Assembly (NCBI GenBank): GCA_004764695.1
Contig: SMSO01000031.1
Coordinates: 8,042,761-8,106,760 of the forward strand
Direction: 5' to 3'
From: Schizochytrium sp. TIO01
Taxonomy: Eukaryota; Protista; Bigyra: Labyrinthulomycetes
DNA length: 64,000 nt
Numbering within the stretch: the first letter of the stretch is position 1; every line of letters starts with the position of its first letter. Under the pieces are notes generated by a model. That model was not told the DNA's origin. It saw nothing but the letters and a program-made list of their open reading frames with translations, and did no database searches. Position numbers and translations under genes: made by a program. This document shows positions 1-10,149 of the stretch, one piece after another.

Positions 1-3000
1 AATGAAAAGGTCTTTTGCGTTACAGAGAATAACGGATCGTGTTTTCGTTTTGTTGGCCTTCGTGCTGGAACAACATACCAAGTATCTCTTAGTGTTATGG
101 CGAAGGACGGCGAGCGTACTAAGTTTACAACTCTAAAGGCTCGTACAAAGGATCGCCTTGCATTTGAATTTGATCCGTTCAACTGTGGCCCCAATATTCG
201 CATTACTGAAAAGGGCTTGTGCGCGCGCTTCTCTGCAACAGAATCGTGGAGCACTGTTTTGGGTACTCGGGGCTATTCTAGTGGTGTTCATACATGGCAA
301 GTAAGAGTTGATGAATCTGATTCTCCATATCTATTTGTTGGTGTAGCTTCTCGAAAGGCTTGTCTGCAAACCTTTTTAGGCGGAGACGAACATGGATGGG
401 GATATATTGGCGATCGAGCTTTGTATCACAAGCGGAACCGGCTCAGCATTTATGGTGATCGCTTCGGTCAGGGGGATACTTTGACTGTTACACTGAACAT
501 GGATGTCGGAAACCTTTCATTTGCCCGGAACGGTAAGGACCTTGGCGTTGCTGTCGAAGGTCTAACTGGTGTTTTGTATCCTGCGTTTGCATTCTATTCA
601 GGCTCTCAGGTAATCAGTCTTGTGAAAAAGAGTCTCTACCGGAAGGACATAACATCAGATCCAGCTATCCCAGAAACTGTCTTTACTGAAGAAACATTAA
701 CAGCTGCTTGCACGATCGAACGTTTCTCCAATGCAGACTACCGAGTAGACGCTGATTTGGAAGATGATGCATACCGATGCCATGAAGATTGGTCCGAGCA
801 AAAGTGGGCTCGCGTATGGACTCGATTCGGACGTGATGAAGTGTTGCTGCGCCCAGGCAAAATTGAAAAAGTGCAAAGCCATTTGGGCACCGGAACAATT
901 GTTGGCTACAGTCCTCATGACCAAACCCAAGCTTGGATTGAGTATGACGAGGCACATGCGCAAGGTGCTTGGCCAATGTCACTTGATGACGATCGTCTCA
1001 CAATCCTACATGAGAGTGAATTTCCTGCACCGGTAATCAAACTCACTATGCCCCGAGAGGCTTTTGTGGAGCATTTGCATTCATTGGATCCTCATGTGGC
1101 TCGCAACGTTGACGAGGATCTCGTTGCAGAGCTAGGTGCTTATTGTGAACGCAAAGGATGCAATCCGTTTAGTATAAGTCCTGATTGCTTCGCTGAGGAG
1201 CTCTTCCCAGCAATGCAGCTTCGATCTCGCACTAGGGTTAAGCTCGATCAACTTGCTGCCCGATTTGCGTTGCTTAAGGTGTTGAACGAGCGATATGAGA
1301 TTGTTCTACCTTGGTTTGCTGCTCAAATGGAGAGCAAGTCTGATGCTACTATTCTTGTAGAAGGTGAGCTTGTTAACTCTGTAAGTGCTCTTTCGAGTAG
1401 CACTAATGGCGAAGAAGGTGGAAAGCTTCGGCTGGCAACACTTCCTCAAAAGTTAAGCTACTTCCGAGGGATCATCTTTTATCACATTAAAAAACAGCTG
1501 CTTGATCGTATTCTTGATCGTTCAGCTACTGTGCCAAAACGTGCTGAAGATGATTATGAGTATCCTGAAGAGCTGCCCCAGCTCATGCTAAATCGCCCGA
1601 AAGCCGCCTTTTCTCGTACTCTTCCAGATGCGGAGTCCAGGTTAAGCTTTTCGCTATTTGGTCAAGCATTTGACGAGCTACACTTTCTTGAACCCAAAAC
1701 GCTGCGTATTGCATACTCACATCCTATGGACGAAGGTCAAGCACGTACGTTCAAGGTGAAATTTGAAGGAGAAGGTGTCGATGATTACGGTGGTCCTTAC
1801 CGAGAGGTGTTTTCACAGTGGTCCACAGAGCTTACTGCAACTACGCTTTCTCCCGACGGGGCGGCGGAAGAGGGAGTCGCGGATCAGGATCTTGGAGACG
1901 GAACTACGGGTAACAACTCCGGCGAGGGCAAGGAAGGAGGTAATACTGATGAGGATGCTGAAGACAAAAAGGATAATCAGCAAATGCAGTGTGTTTTGCC
2001 TATTCTTCATCCTTGTCCAAACCGTCAGCATGGTGTTGGCGCAAACCGTGAAAAATACGTCTTGCGGCCTGATCCTGGCCAAAGTTCCGAAGCACGAACG
2101 TTGGGACGTGGTAAAAAGGATAGTGGTGCCCATCTGTTGCTTGAAATGGTGAACTTCTGTGGACAACTTTTAGGTATTGCTATGCGAACAAAGACCCTCT
2201 TTAATGTTGATCTGGCCAATGTTGTTTGGAAACCCTTGGTTGGTGCTTCATTACAGGTTGAGGATCTGAGGGATGTGGATCACAGCACATTTTCTCTTGT
2301 TGAGCAGCTGCGTTCTGCTGACCCCGCTTACCTGGAGGCCATGTGTGATGAGTTACGGTGGAACACAACTTTGAGTGATGGCACACGAGTTGAGCTCGTT
2401 CCAGGAGGCCATCACCTACGGGTTAATGCAAGTGATGTTGAGGACTACATTCGAGCTTTGCTTCGCGTTCGCCTTCGTGAGGCCCAATTCACAACTGCTG
2501 CACTTCGCGATGGTCTGGCTTCAGTCATTCCGCGACCAGCTCTGAGCTTGCTAACGCCAGAGGAGCTCGAGCGTAAAATTTGCGGTGCTCCAGAACTTGA
2601 TGTGGACTTGCTTCGCAGCTGCACAGAATACGACGATGATCTTTCAGAGGACGATCCTCATATCCAATCGTTCTGGCGCGTACTGCACAACTTCCCGAAC
2701 AAGCAACGCCAAATGTTTCTTCGATTCGTTTGGGCTCGTTCGCGGCTCCCTCCTACCAAACATGACTTCCCTCAACACCTCAAGATTCAAGCTCCTGTTG
2801 CCGAAGGCCCGCGTGAGAACCCAGATATGTGGCTTCCTAAGGCGCATACGTGCTTTTTCGCTCTGTCTTTGCCAAAGTACTCTTCGGACAAAATCATGGA
2901 AGAGAAGTTGCGTTATGCAATTACAAACACGACTGAAATGGATGCAGATTTTAATATTAATCAGTCTGAGAACCAGCATTGGCAAGCGCCTGACTCTGCC

Positions 3001-3057
3001 GAGGCAGCTGCTGGTCGGGCATCACCTGTGCTTCGTATACAAACCTCAGACAACTAA
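1..3057 (+). CDS. HECT E3 ubiquitin ligase with SPRY domain (HERC-like C-terminus), 5'-truncated by the window
   Basis: The frame is open from base 1 (NEKVFCV...GLRAGTTYQVSLSV, FN3-like), so the ATG at 97 is probably internal. SPRY motifs: GVHTWQV, YLFVGVA, FGQGDTLTVTLNMDVGNLSFARNG, LYPAF. HECT motifs: FEGEGVDDYGGPYRE, FLRFVWARSRLP and catalytic LPKAHTCFF. Confidence 0.93.
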   Translation, partial: NEKVFCVTENNGSCFRFVGLRAGTTYQVSLSVMAKDGERTKFTTLKARTKDRLAFEFDPFNCGPNIRITEKGLCARFSATESWSTVLGTRGYSSGVHTWQVRVDESDSPYLFVGVASRKACLQTFLGGDEHGWGYIGDRALYHKRNRLSIYGDRFGQGDTLTVTLNMDVGNLSFARNGKDLGVAVEGLTGVLYPAFAFYSGSQVISLVKKSLYRKDITSDPAIPETVFTEETLTAACTIERFSNADYRVDADLEDDAYRCHEDWSEQKWARVWTRFGRDEVLLRPGKIEKVQSHLGTGTIVGYSPHDQTQAWIEYDEAHAQGAWPMSLDDDRLTILHESEFPAPVIKLTMPREAFVEHLHSLDPHVARNVDEDLVAELGAYCERKGCNPFSISPDCFAEELFPAMQLRSRTRVKLDQLAARFALLKVLNERYEIVLPWFAAQMESKSDATILVEGELVNSVSALSSSTNGEEGGKLRLATLPQKLSYFRGIIFYHIKKQLLDRILDRSATVPKRAEDDYEYPEELPQLMLNRPKAAFSRTLPDAESRLSFSLFGQAFDELHFLEPKTLRIAYSHPMDEGQARTFKVKFEGEGVDDYGGPYREVFSQWSTELTATTLSPDGAAEEGVADQDLGDGTTGNNSGEGKEGGNTDEDAEDKKDNQQMQCVLPILHPCPNRQHGVGANREKYVLRPDPGQSSEARTLGRGKKDSGAHLLLEMVNFCGQLLGIAMRTKTLFNVDLANVVWKPLVGASLQVEDLRDVDHSTFSLVEQLRSADPAYLEAMCDELRWNTTLSDGTRVELVPGGHHLRVNASDVEDYIRALLRVRLREAQFTTAALRDGLASVIPRPALSLLTPEELERKICGAPELDVDLLRSCTEYDDDLSEDDPHIQSFWRVLHNFPNKQRQMFLRFVWARSRLPPTKHDFPQHLKIQAPVAEGPRENPDMWLPKAHTCFFALSLPKYSSDKIMEEKLRYAITNTTEMDADFNINQSENQHWQAPDSAEAAAGRASPVLRIQTSDN

Positions 3058-3464
3058 ACTTCATCAAGTGATTCGAAAGCTATTGGAAAATAGTATTTTG
3101 AACCCAGGAAGAGGATGTGACTATGAGACAACTATTATCTCAATTTGGGTTGTAATCAAATACGAACAATCGAATGCAGTCGCAAATCCATTGGATAGGT
3201 TTTCTACTTTTTATAAAACAAAAAAATATGTATTTGTATATGTACATGCACAATGCTCACATGAGCCTATGGTGCTCTTCTTTCGTTGTACTACTATTAA
3301 CAACAAAAAATATGACAGACTTCGTAGGTTGCTGCCTGTCACAACGTGGGGTGTATTCTATCTTGTATGTCCACTGCAATTTGGATCATTTTAATTAGTA
3401 CTTAAGCCATAAATTTGATCAACTTCAAACTTAACGCGTTTGCTTCTTGGAGTATACACATACA

Positions 3465-5015
3465 CTAAGTGGTTGGGTTTTTGAAGTCCCAAAACGAAAC
3501 AGTGTTAAGACCGTTCTGTGGCAAACCTATGACAGGGGGAATGACATTTGACTGAACAAGGTGCTGTAACTTTTCAAGTACTGGAAGCAGCTGAACATGT
3601 GTACTGTGGGCAGAAGCAGCAGCTTGATTAGCTAGTTCTTGGGAAAATGCAGCTAACTCTCCCGGCAAAACTGTATTCATGGCCAACGCCACCGTTACAC
3701 CAAGATTTTGTACCTGGTGAGGCGCGCCGCTTGGGATGAAGATAACCTCTCCAGGCCCTACTATGGCATCATAAATGTCCACAAAGGGTAGCTCTGCTTC
3801 ATTCTCAGCAAATAGACTCTGTTGAAACACTCCTCGTTGCGTCGCGCTTTCCTCAAGGAGGTCCCTCATTCTCTGGGGTACAATACGCCAATGTTTTTGC
3901 CCATAGGTGACAGCCATCCATGCTGACGACGAACACCAGTCGGCGTGGAGTCCAGATCCAGTATTCGCACCGCTCACAAAGATACTAGGCCAATAGTCCC
4001 GAAACGATGACCAATATGATGATGTAGATGAAGGAACTCGTTGCATTATATCTGAGGCAAAGTACGCAGGTACTTGAAATCTTGCTAACATCTCTGGGCA
4101 GATTTTTTTCAGTGGCTGATCATGGAGGTAAACATTAGAGTTTCTCAAATTTTTGAAGAATTCCTTTGTATCAGTTTCACCATCGACATTTTCAAGCCCT
4201 GCCCAATGCGAGCCGGCGTTGGCTGCACGCTTCAAGCGAACACCGTTCAAGCTACAATGTCTCAACACGCTTTCGGGAGACTCAAATCCTGTAAATTCCC
4301 GAAGACCTCGCAAAATCACTGGTGTGCCCGTGTCAACATATTTTGCATGGAACTCGGCTATTGTCAAATTAACAGCCTCGCGTACTGGTATTTTGAGTAT
4401 GCGAGTATTTCGCGAGGGGCTAAAACCGTCACGGATATGCACATGAGTATTCTCAAGAGATTGTTCTTCAGCTCTAGCTGTTTTAGTAAAGTTCTCAGGA
4501 CTGGAACTGTTTACACCAGTGCGAAACTTATCTCCGGCAATGCTTGTACCCGACTTTGCAAGCTCTCTACGTAGTGCAAAGTTCTCGCGAAGGGCAGCTA
4601 CAAGCTGTATCCTAGCATTATGCAATTGACGCTCCATGGATCTGCGTTGCTCAATGACATCATTAACAAAAGCTGTACCACTGGCAGCAAGCCCAATTCG
4701 TACAGATCTGCTCCATATAGCATCCACAAGCCTATCACATTCCTCGCCTTCAACGCTTTGGGCCACGCATAATTCTAGAGCTTCTTTGACCGCCTGTGAA
4801 GGCAAGCCTGAGAGCAGAATGTTCTTCACTGATCCATCAGGACACTTGATAATCTGATACTCTTTCTCGCCAGCTTGATTACATACACCTCCAAATTCTC
4901 CATTTGCACACACAGCACTCGCCTCAACAAAGCCTAATGGGGAGTTGATAATTGCTGGTATTGCTAAAATAGTAGCAGCCATGACACATGTCACCGCTAC
5001 GAAAACGCGTGTCAT
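3465..5015 (-). CDS. JmjC-domain 2-oxoglutarate/Fe(II) oxygenase with N-terminal signal peptide and coiled coil
   Basis: Motifs FHAKYVDTGTPVILRG, WPSIFVSGANTGSGLHADW (HxD), GQKHW and PGEVIFIPSGAPHQVQN (distal His). Hydrophobic N-terminus. Confidence 0.85.
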   Translation of the reverse strand: MTRVFVAVTCVMAATILAIPAIINSPLGFVEASAVCANGEFGGVCNQAGEKEYQIIKCPDGSVKNILLSGLPSQAVKEALELCVAQSVEGEECDRLVDAIWSRSVRIGLAASGTAFVNDVIEQRRSMERQLHNARIQLVAALRENFALRRELAKSGTSIAGDKFRTGVNSSSPENFTKTARAEEQSLENTHVHIRDGFSPSRNTRILKIPVREAVNLTIAEFHAKYVDTGTPVILRGLREFTGFESPESVLRHCSLNGVRLKRAANAGSHWAGLENVDGETDTKEFFKNLRNSNVYLHDQPLKKICPEMLARFQVPAYFASDIMQRVPSSTSSYWSSFRDYWPSIFVSGANTGSGLHADWCSSSAWMAVTYGQKHWRIVPQRMRDLLEESATQRGVFQQSLFAENEAELPFVDIYDAIVGPGEVIFIPSGAPHQVQNLGVTVALAMNTVLPGELAAFSQELANQAAASAHSTHVQLLPVLEKLQHLVQSNVIPPVIGLPQNGLNTVSFWDFKNPTT

Positions 5016-5641
5016 GGCCGTCCAAAGAGGTCCCTAGGGTCTGGTGACTAGCAGAACTCCCTTGAGGCAAGCTCAACTTAGCTGCTATGCTACATAGGAC
5101 GTGTTGCTTGCGTGAAGGTTGCTACCGTTAGAGCGCCCGCGGATTTGGCAAAGCAAACCACTTGAAGAAAAGTGGGGCTTATGAATTAAAAGAAAACTAA
5201 AACTTTTGAAGATGCCCTTACATTTGTGGAGTAGGTGAAAACAAACTCTTCAAGCGCCGCAGATTTGCATGAAGTGTGGCGCACTGCGTTATCGACGTCC
5301 GCGAGACTGCAGAGCAAAGTCTTGCTAGGGTGCAGAATTGCCAAGTTTGGAGGGATCTCCGTTAAGCGGAGTTTGATCAACGGCAGATTAGCAGATTGAC
5401 CTCGTTGGTGGTGGCCACGGTGAATACCGATACGTCTTCACCGCAAAGTAGCAACAAATTAAATCAGGTTCTAGGTAAAAACAGCGATAATTCAACCTTT
5501 GTGAGCACAAGTAACTTCCTCCGGATAAGTGAAGATTTGACAGCCTCGAGACACAAATTAACCTAGACACGAGAGAATCTCACAGATTTACAAAAGGTCA
5601 ACTTGAGTTCAAGTAGCAAAAATAAATAAGCAGCAGGCAGC

Positions 5642-7828
5642 ATGAGTCAACCTATGGAAGCTGCTTGGGGCGATGCAATGCTTCTCGAAGATGAGTCTGG
5701 TCACGTGGTGGCGTCTGCCAGTAGCATCCTGCCTAGAGACGTAGGAGCCAGTAGCCTGCAAATGGGAACCCCAGAGACCGGGCTCGAGGCTACGAAGCTT
5801 GTAGCAGCCACCAAAGCTCGCATGATGATTCCCATGCTCAATGATAATCTGCGTAATGAGATGTACAAGCTTGCCATCGAGGAGCATGTGGACGCCTTTA
5901 AACAGATTCATGATGGTAGAGGGCCTCGTGTGCTCGATATTGGTGCAGGCACAGGACTTCTTTCTGTGCTAGCTGCACAAGCCGGTGCCCGAGAAGTTGT
6001 GGGCTGCGAAATGAATGCCGAAATGGCCAAAATTGCCAAGACAGTTGTTGAAGCAAATGGTCTGCAGGACATTGTGAAGATCGAAGATAAAAGATCCTCA
6101 GACTACGTTTTGGGAGACAATGAAGACCCCTTTGACATGATTGTCACAGAAACCCTTGACTCTCACTTACTCAGAGAAGGGATCGTACCTTCGTTGCAAG
6201 ACGCTCTAGACAGACTTTCAAGGCCCGGGGCCGCTGTGGTGCCCGCCAGTGCAAGGGTATTCGCGCAGCTGTGTAGTGCTACACTGGCGAAGGCGGGCGT
6301 CGGGGAGGTTCAGCTCCTGGAGGCAGACTACATTCTGAAGATCGCCGATGGTCGCAGCTCGAGGCTTCCAAGTCCCCAAGATCGAGAAGGCTTTACAAAT
6401 GTGCGGTTTTCTGGCTGTGACTCTGTGCACAGTCTCGAATTGCTTGGCGACCCTGTGGAAATCTTTGAAGTGAATTTTGCAGATGCACGGAGCGTTGAGG
6501 ATTTCGTACGTTCAGATCCTGTGACTATGACGTCACCAAAGACAGCTAATGGAGTTTGCATTTGGTGGGAGCTCAATGTCCTCGCCACAGTTTCACATGA
6601 AGACGTGGCAGAGAAGCGTCGCAAACTCGATGGAATCCCCGCACAAGCGCTTACGAACTTGCCAAGCGTCCCGGAGGATAGTGTGAAATGGCAGGATCAC
6701 TGGTTCCCGGTAGTGCATCCGCTTGTAGAGCCTAAAACTTCTGTTGAAGTTGGCTTTGGCCGTACGCACACTGAAATTTTTGTGGAACAGTTGGATTGGG
6801 CACCTGCGACAATGGAGAAGGTCAATAATTCAGATAATGCTGTGAGCCCCAATTCGGCAGTCATTGCAAAGGAGCTCAACACCTGCATGGAACCTTTTCG
6901 TTTGCTTCAAGTCGCAGATAGAGAGCGACAAATGGCTGTAGCGGAAGGGATAAAAGCTCTTCTTGACGCTCAAGTTGGCCAGGTGACTGTATGGGATATT
7001 GGTGCGGGAAGTATGATGGCCTTGCAAGCTGCTAGAATTGATCAAGTTAGCAAAGTGCTTTCCCTCGAGGCAGATTATATGGACAGGGTCTTCTGGACAA
7101 GGCTCTGCAAGTCTGTGGATAAAATTGGTATTGTAGAGGCACTTGAAGAGGTACAAAAACCTGAAGCTGAGCAAACTTTGGCTGCTATCTCAGATTTGTA
7201 TTACGCACATCTTGGTCCCCGACGCTCCATGATTGGCGCATTGCAGTTTGCTCTTCAAGCGCAAGCAATCCGCGCTCAGCACGCGAAGAGCATCTTTTTT
7301 CCGTCCATTATTGCAATTGAAGCTCGTCTTGTATGTCTCAAAAATATTGGTCAAGCGCTAACGCCGCCAACCGAAATTTGTGGTGTGCAACATCCGGTCG
7401 AATGGTCTCACGGCAGGGTTGGCCGTGTAATGGAGCTTGATGTTGATGCATATGAACACAATGAAGTTTGTGGTACTCAAGAGCTTATACAATTTGAAGT
7501 GGGCACAAGTTTCACAGCACAGAACCACGGATCCGAGGAAGAACAAGACATTAAAAGGACTGGAACGGTTGAATTTAGTTTTTCAAGCCAGAGCCAAGAA
7601 TTGACAACGAATACCGGACAACTTGCTATTGTCTTCACTGCACGATCAGCAGTCCCACAATCTGCTGGGGCAATATCCCCGGTTATCCTACTTTCTAATG
7701 CAGCATCGTTTCAGGCCGCTCTCTCAGACTTGGCAGACATCTCGGTTGAGCGCTTTACTAACCCACAAGAATCACAAGAATCAAAAGAAGATCAGGTTGT
7801 GCGTGTATCGTTTACGTTTCTTATTTAA
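5642..7828 (+). CDS. PRMT7: Protein arginine N-methyltransferase 7-like (tandem SAM domains)
   Basis: MLNDNLRNEMY, motif I VLDIGAGTGLLS, double-E loop VTETLDSHLLREG, DHW loop typical of PRMT7 (WQDHW), and a second degenerate motif I VWDIGAGSMMAL. Confidence 0.85.
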   Translation: MSQPMEAAWGDAMLLEDESGHVVASASSILPRDVGASSLQMGTPETGLEATKLVAATKARMMIPMLNDNLRNEMYKLAIEEHVDAFKQIHDGRGPRVLDIGAGTGLLSVLAAQAGAREVVGCEMNAEMAKIAKTVVEANGLQDIVKIEDKRSSDYVLGDNEDPFDMIVTETLDSHLLREGIVPSLQDALDRLSRPGAAVVPASARVFAQLCSATLAKAGVGEVQLLEADYILKIADGRSSRLPSPQDREGFTNVRFSGCDSVHSLELLGDPVEIFEVNFADARSVEDFVRSDPVTMTSPKTANGVCIWWELNVLATVSHEDVAEKRRKLDGIPAQALTNLPSVPEDSVKWQDHWFPVVHPLVEPKTSVEVGFGRTHTEIFVEQLDWAPATMEKVNNSDNAVSPNSAVIAKELNTCMEPFRLLQVADRERQMAVAEGIKALLDAQVGQVTVWDIGAGSMMALQAARIDQVSKVLSLEADYMDRVFWTRLCKSVDKIGIVEALEEVQKPEAEQTLAAISDLYYAHLGPRRSMIGALQFALQAQAIRAQHAKSIFFPSIIAIEARLVCLKNIGQALTPPTEICGVQHPVEWSHGRVGRVMELDVDAYEHNEVCGTQELIQFEVGTSFTAQNHGSEEEQDIKRTGTVEFSFSSQSQELTTNTGQLAIVFTARSAVPQSAGAISPVILLSNAASFQAALSDLADISVERFTNPQESQESKEDQVVRVSFTFLI

Positions 7829-9690
7829 TTAAACACGAAGGAGTTTGCTTGGTCAACCACAATAGATGCGGGGCCAATTTCGTCAGACCCGCTAACAAGC
7901 GATTTAATGAGTTCAGTAGTGATACTTTCCTTGGTTTGGGCAGAGCTTGATTCAATGTCACAGTTTGAGGTGGTGGTCAAAAGGACCGGGGTTTGCTCGT
8001 CTGCTCGGACAATAAAATCGAGGCAGATGTGCTGCACAAACTTGAGGCCTGCCTGAGCACCATCAGCCTCGCGTGAGGCACCGAAGCGCAATGCTGCGTA
8101 TGCAGCAGCACGGCGGAGTCTATCAAGAAAGTTTGATGGCAGCTCGCCGAGATGGTCAGCGAGGGGCAGGTGCTCAGCGTCGTCTGCATAGGCAGGGAAA
8201 CGCATGGCTGTGGTAGTGTCTGCAGCCTCGCGGCCTTGGAACTCGACAAAGTCTACCTTGGATTTTACGATGTCACCAGGGTAAAATGCGGCCAGAAGTG
8301 CGGGAGCTGCACGCTCAATGACAAGCCACGAGCGTACCATGAATGTTGCCTGAGATCCAGGCCAGAGCATCTGTTTGGGCAGAAGCGGGGTGCCTACAAT
8401 CTTTGGCTTCTCTGCCACGAATTGCTCCTTCTCCAGAAGACCCGATAGGCTCGAAGCTTGCACGAGCTGGGGCTTTCCTGCCCCCGATGCCTGAAAGACA
8501 AGAACTGCCGTTGCTGAGCTTGATGTGGTCTCCTCCTGGAGCAAAGCACGATCATTAGCATCGTAGAAGCGGTAGAACTGGGCCACATCATTCTTGAATG
8601 ATGATGCTTCTAAACTTGCTTCTGGTGCGAGGTGCTGTGCTGCTATATCAAACTCATTCGCATCCGTGAACACAGACCGCGCACCTTGACCATTCGTATA
8701 TGCTGCGCAAAATACAATGTGCTGACCAGTAGGATCTTTGCTAACGATGGCCTTCGGGTTTGGGCACGCACGGCCGTAAGCAATCATCCACAAGGGAAGT
8801 CCTGATCCGCTGTGTTTATCAAATCCACGGACAGTGAGAGCTTGCTCGAGTGCCATGACTGACGCAGACTTGGGGTTCTTTGCTGGATCGGCCAAGACCG
8901 CAAATGTGCCAGATCCGGGCACAGGGACAGTGACACTGTCCGGACCTTCCGCAGAAGAAGTCGTTGCATCACCCTGATTGAATGCATTGCCGTCATTGTC
9001 ATCGTCCTCAATCTTCTCGGTAGAAGTAAGAGCTTCCTCCTCGCTGGACTTGCCTCCAAAGACCGACGATACGACTGATGAAAACATGGATCCCACAGAT
9101 TTGGGTTTCTGCACTGCAAGTTCATCTAGATTGCTCGGAGTAGGGGGGACAGTGAGATCCATGTTGTTAAGTGGTGACCTGTATCCATAATCCCTCGCAC
9201 GAAGGCTCGTCGGGAGCCGACTGACCTTGTCAAATCTCTCTTCGACAAGTTCCTGGCGTTTGACAAGACTGTCCATTCGAGCCTCGGCCTCCTCATCAAC
9301 CTTGAGCTCTGGTTCTGGAATGCTGTCAAGATGCTGATACAGATAAAAATAGATGCTTTCTTCAAGCTGGTTGTGAAGCTCCTGGAGCTCTTCATTCTTG
9401 CGGGCCTGGCCAGGCATGAAGAGAGGTCTCGCGAAGGGTGAATCCCAAGGGTGTTTGGCATCACCAGTGTACTCGTAAATAGTACGGTCAAGCTTGGCTT
9501 TGGCTTCTGCCTCGATGCGGGCCTCTTCATCGCGAAGAAGTTTCTCGTTGATCTTGCGAATCTTTTCATATTCATGGATAAGTCCCGTGCCGTCGTCTAC
9601 CTTAACGTTCAGGAGGTCCAGGATAAAGACTGCAAAGTAGAAGCTCATTACGATGAGCAGCATCGCGTACGGTGATATGAAGGAAGCCAT
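7825..9690 (-). CDS. Signal-anchored protein with a degenerate tubulin-tyrosine-ligase (ATP-grasp)-like C-terminal domain
   Basis: ~620-aa ORF with first ATG at 9690 and an N-terminal TM (YAMLLIVMSFYFAVFILDLL). FMVRSWLVIERAAPALLAAFYPG and QHICLDFIVRADEQTPVLL resemble the TTL motifs FDxRxYVLV..P and FxxxGxDFxxDxxxxPWLLE. The gene call is firm; the family call is tentative. Confidence 0.6.
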   Translation of the reverse strand: MASFISPYAMLLIVMSFYFAVFILDLLNVKVDDGTGLIHEYEKIRKINEKLLRDEEARIEAEAKAKLDRTIYEYTGDAKHPWDSPFARPLFMPGQARKNEELQELHNQLEESIYFYLYQHLDSIPEPELKVDEEAEARMDSLVKRQELVEERFDKVSRLPTSLRARDYGYRSPLNNMDLTVPPTPSNLDELAVQKPKSVGSMFSSVVSSVFGGKSSEEEALTSTEKIEDDDNDGNAFNQGDATTSSAEGPDSVTVPVPGSGTFAVLADPAKNPKSASVMALEQALTVRGFDKHSGSGLPLWMIAYGRACPNPKAIVSKDPTGQHIVFCAAYTNGQGARSVFTDANEFDIAAQHLAPEASLEASSFKNDVAQFYRFYDANDRALLQEETTSSSATAVLVFQASGAGKPQLVQASSLSGLLEKEQFVAEKPKIVGTPLLPKQMLWPGSQATFMVRSWLVIERAAPALLAAFYPGDIVKSKVDFVEFQGREAADTTTAMRFPAYADDAEHLPLADHLGELPSNFLDRLRRAAAYAALRFGASREADGAQAGLKFVQHICLDFIVRADEQTPVLLTTTSNCDIESSSAQTKESITTELIKSLVSGSDEIGPASIVVDQANSFVFN

Positions 9691-10149
9691 GGTCACCTGT
9701 TTTTCCGTGCGTTGGTCTCTAATGCGGCGATAGAGCTGGAGAGCTTAAGGCGGGTATGTTATGATGAGATGGAGTCGTCCTCGCCAGACCCAGTGACGTG
9801 ATTCAGGGGATCCCAGGCGGCGTTACAGCCCCGGACCACTTTGGGGGACTCCAACACCGCGGGAGCGAAGCCTGGAGGACCAGACCTATCGCTCTGGCAC
9901 TACGCCACGCGAGAGCTCTGTCCGAGGCCGGCAGGTCTCGCGTTTATGATGTGCCAATTGGTCTCCTATTTCTGTGTTGCTGCTTTTCAACTTTTAGTCC
10001 AAGAAAGCGCAAAGTGAATTATACGCTCATACAAGTACAGCAAAAGGAGTTTGTACTATACGGTAAATTAGGGAAAACTAGAATAAAAACAATCCCTATA
10101 GTAGAGAAAATTTGAGTTGCGCAGAGAGGAGTCGATTTCTCAGCTGATT

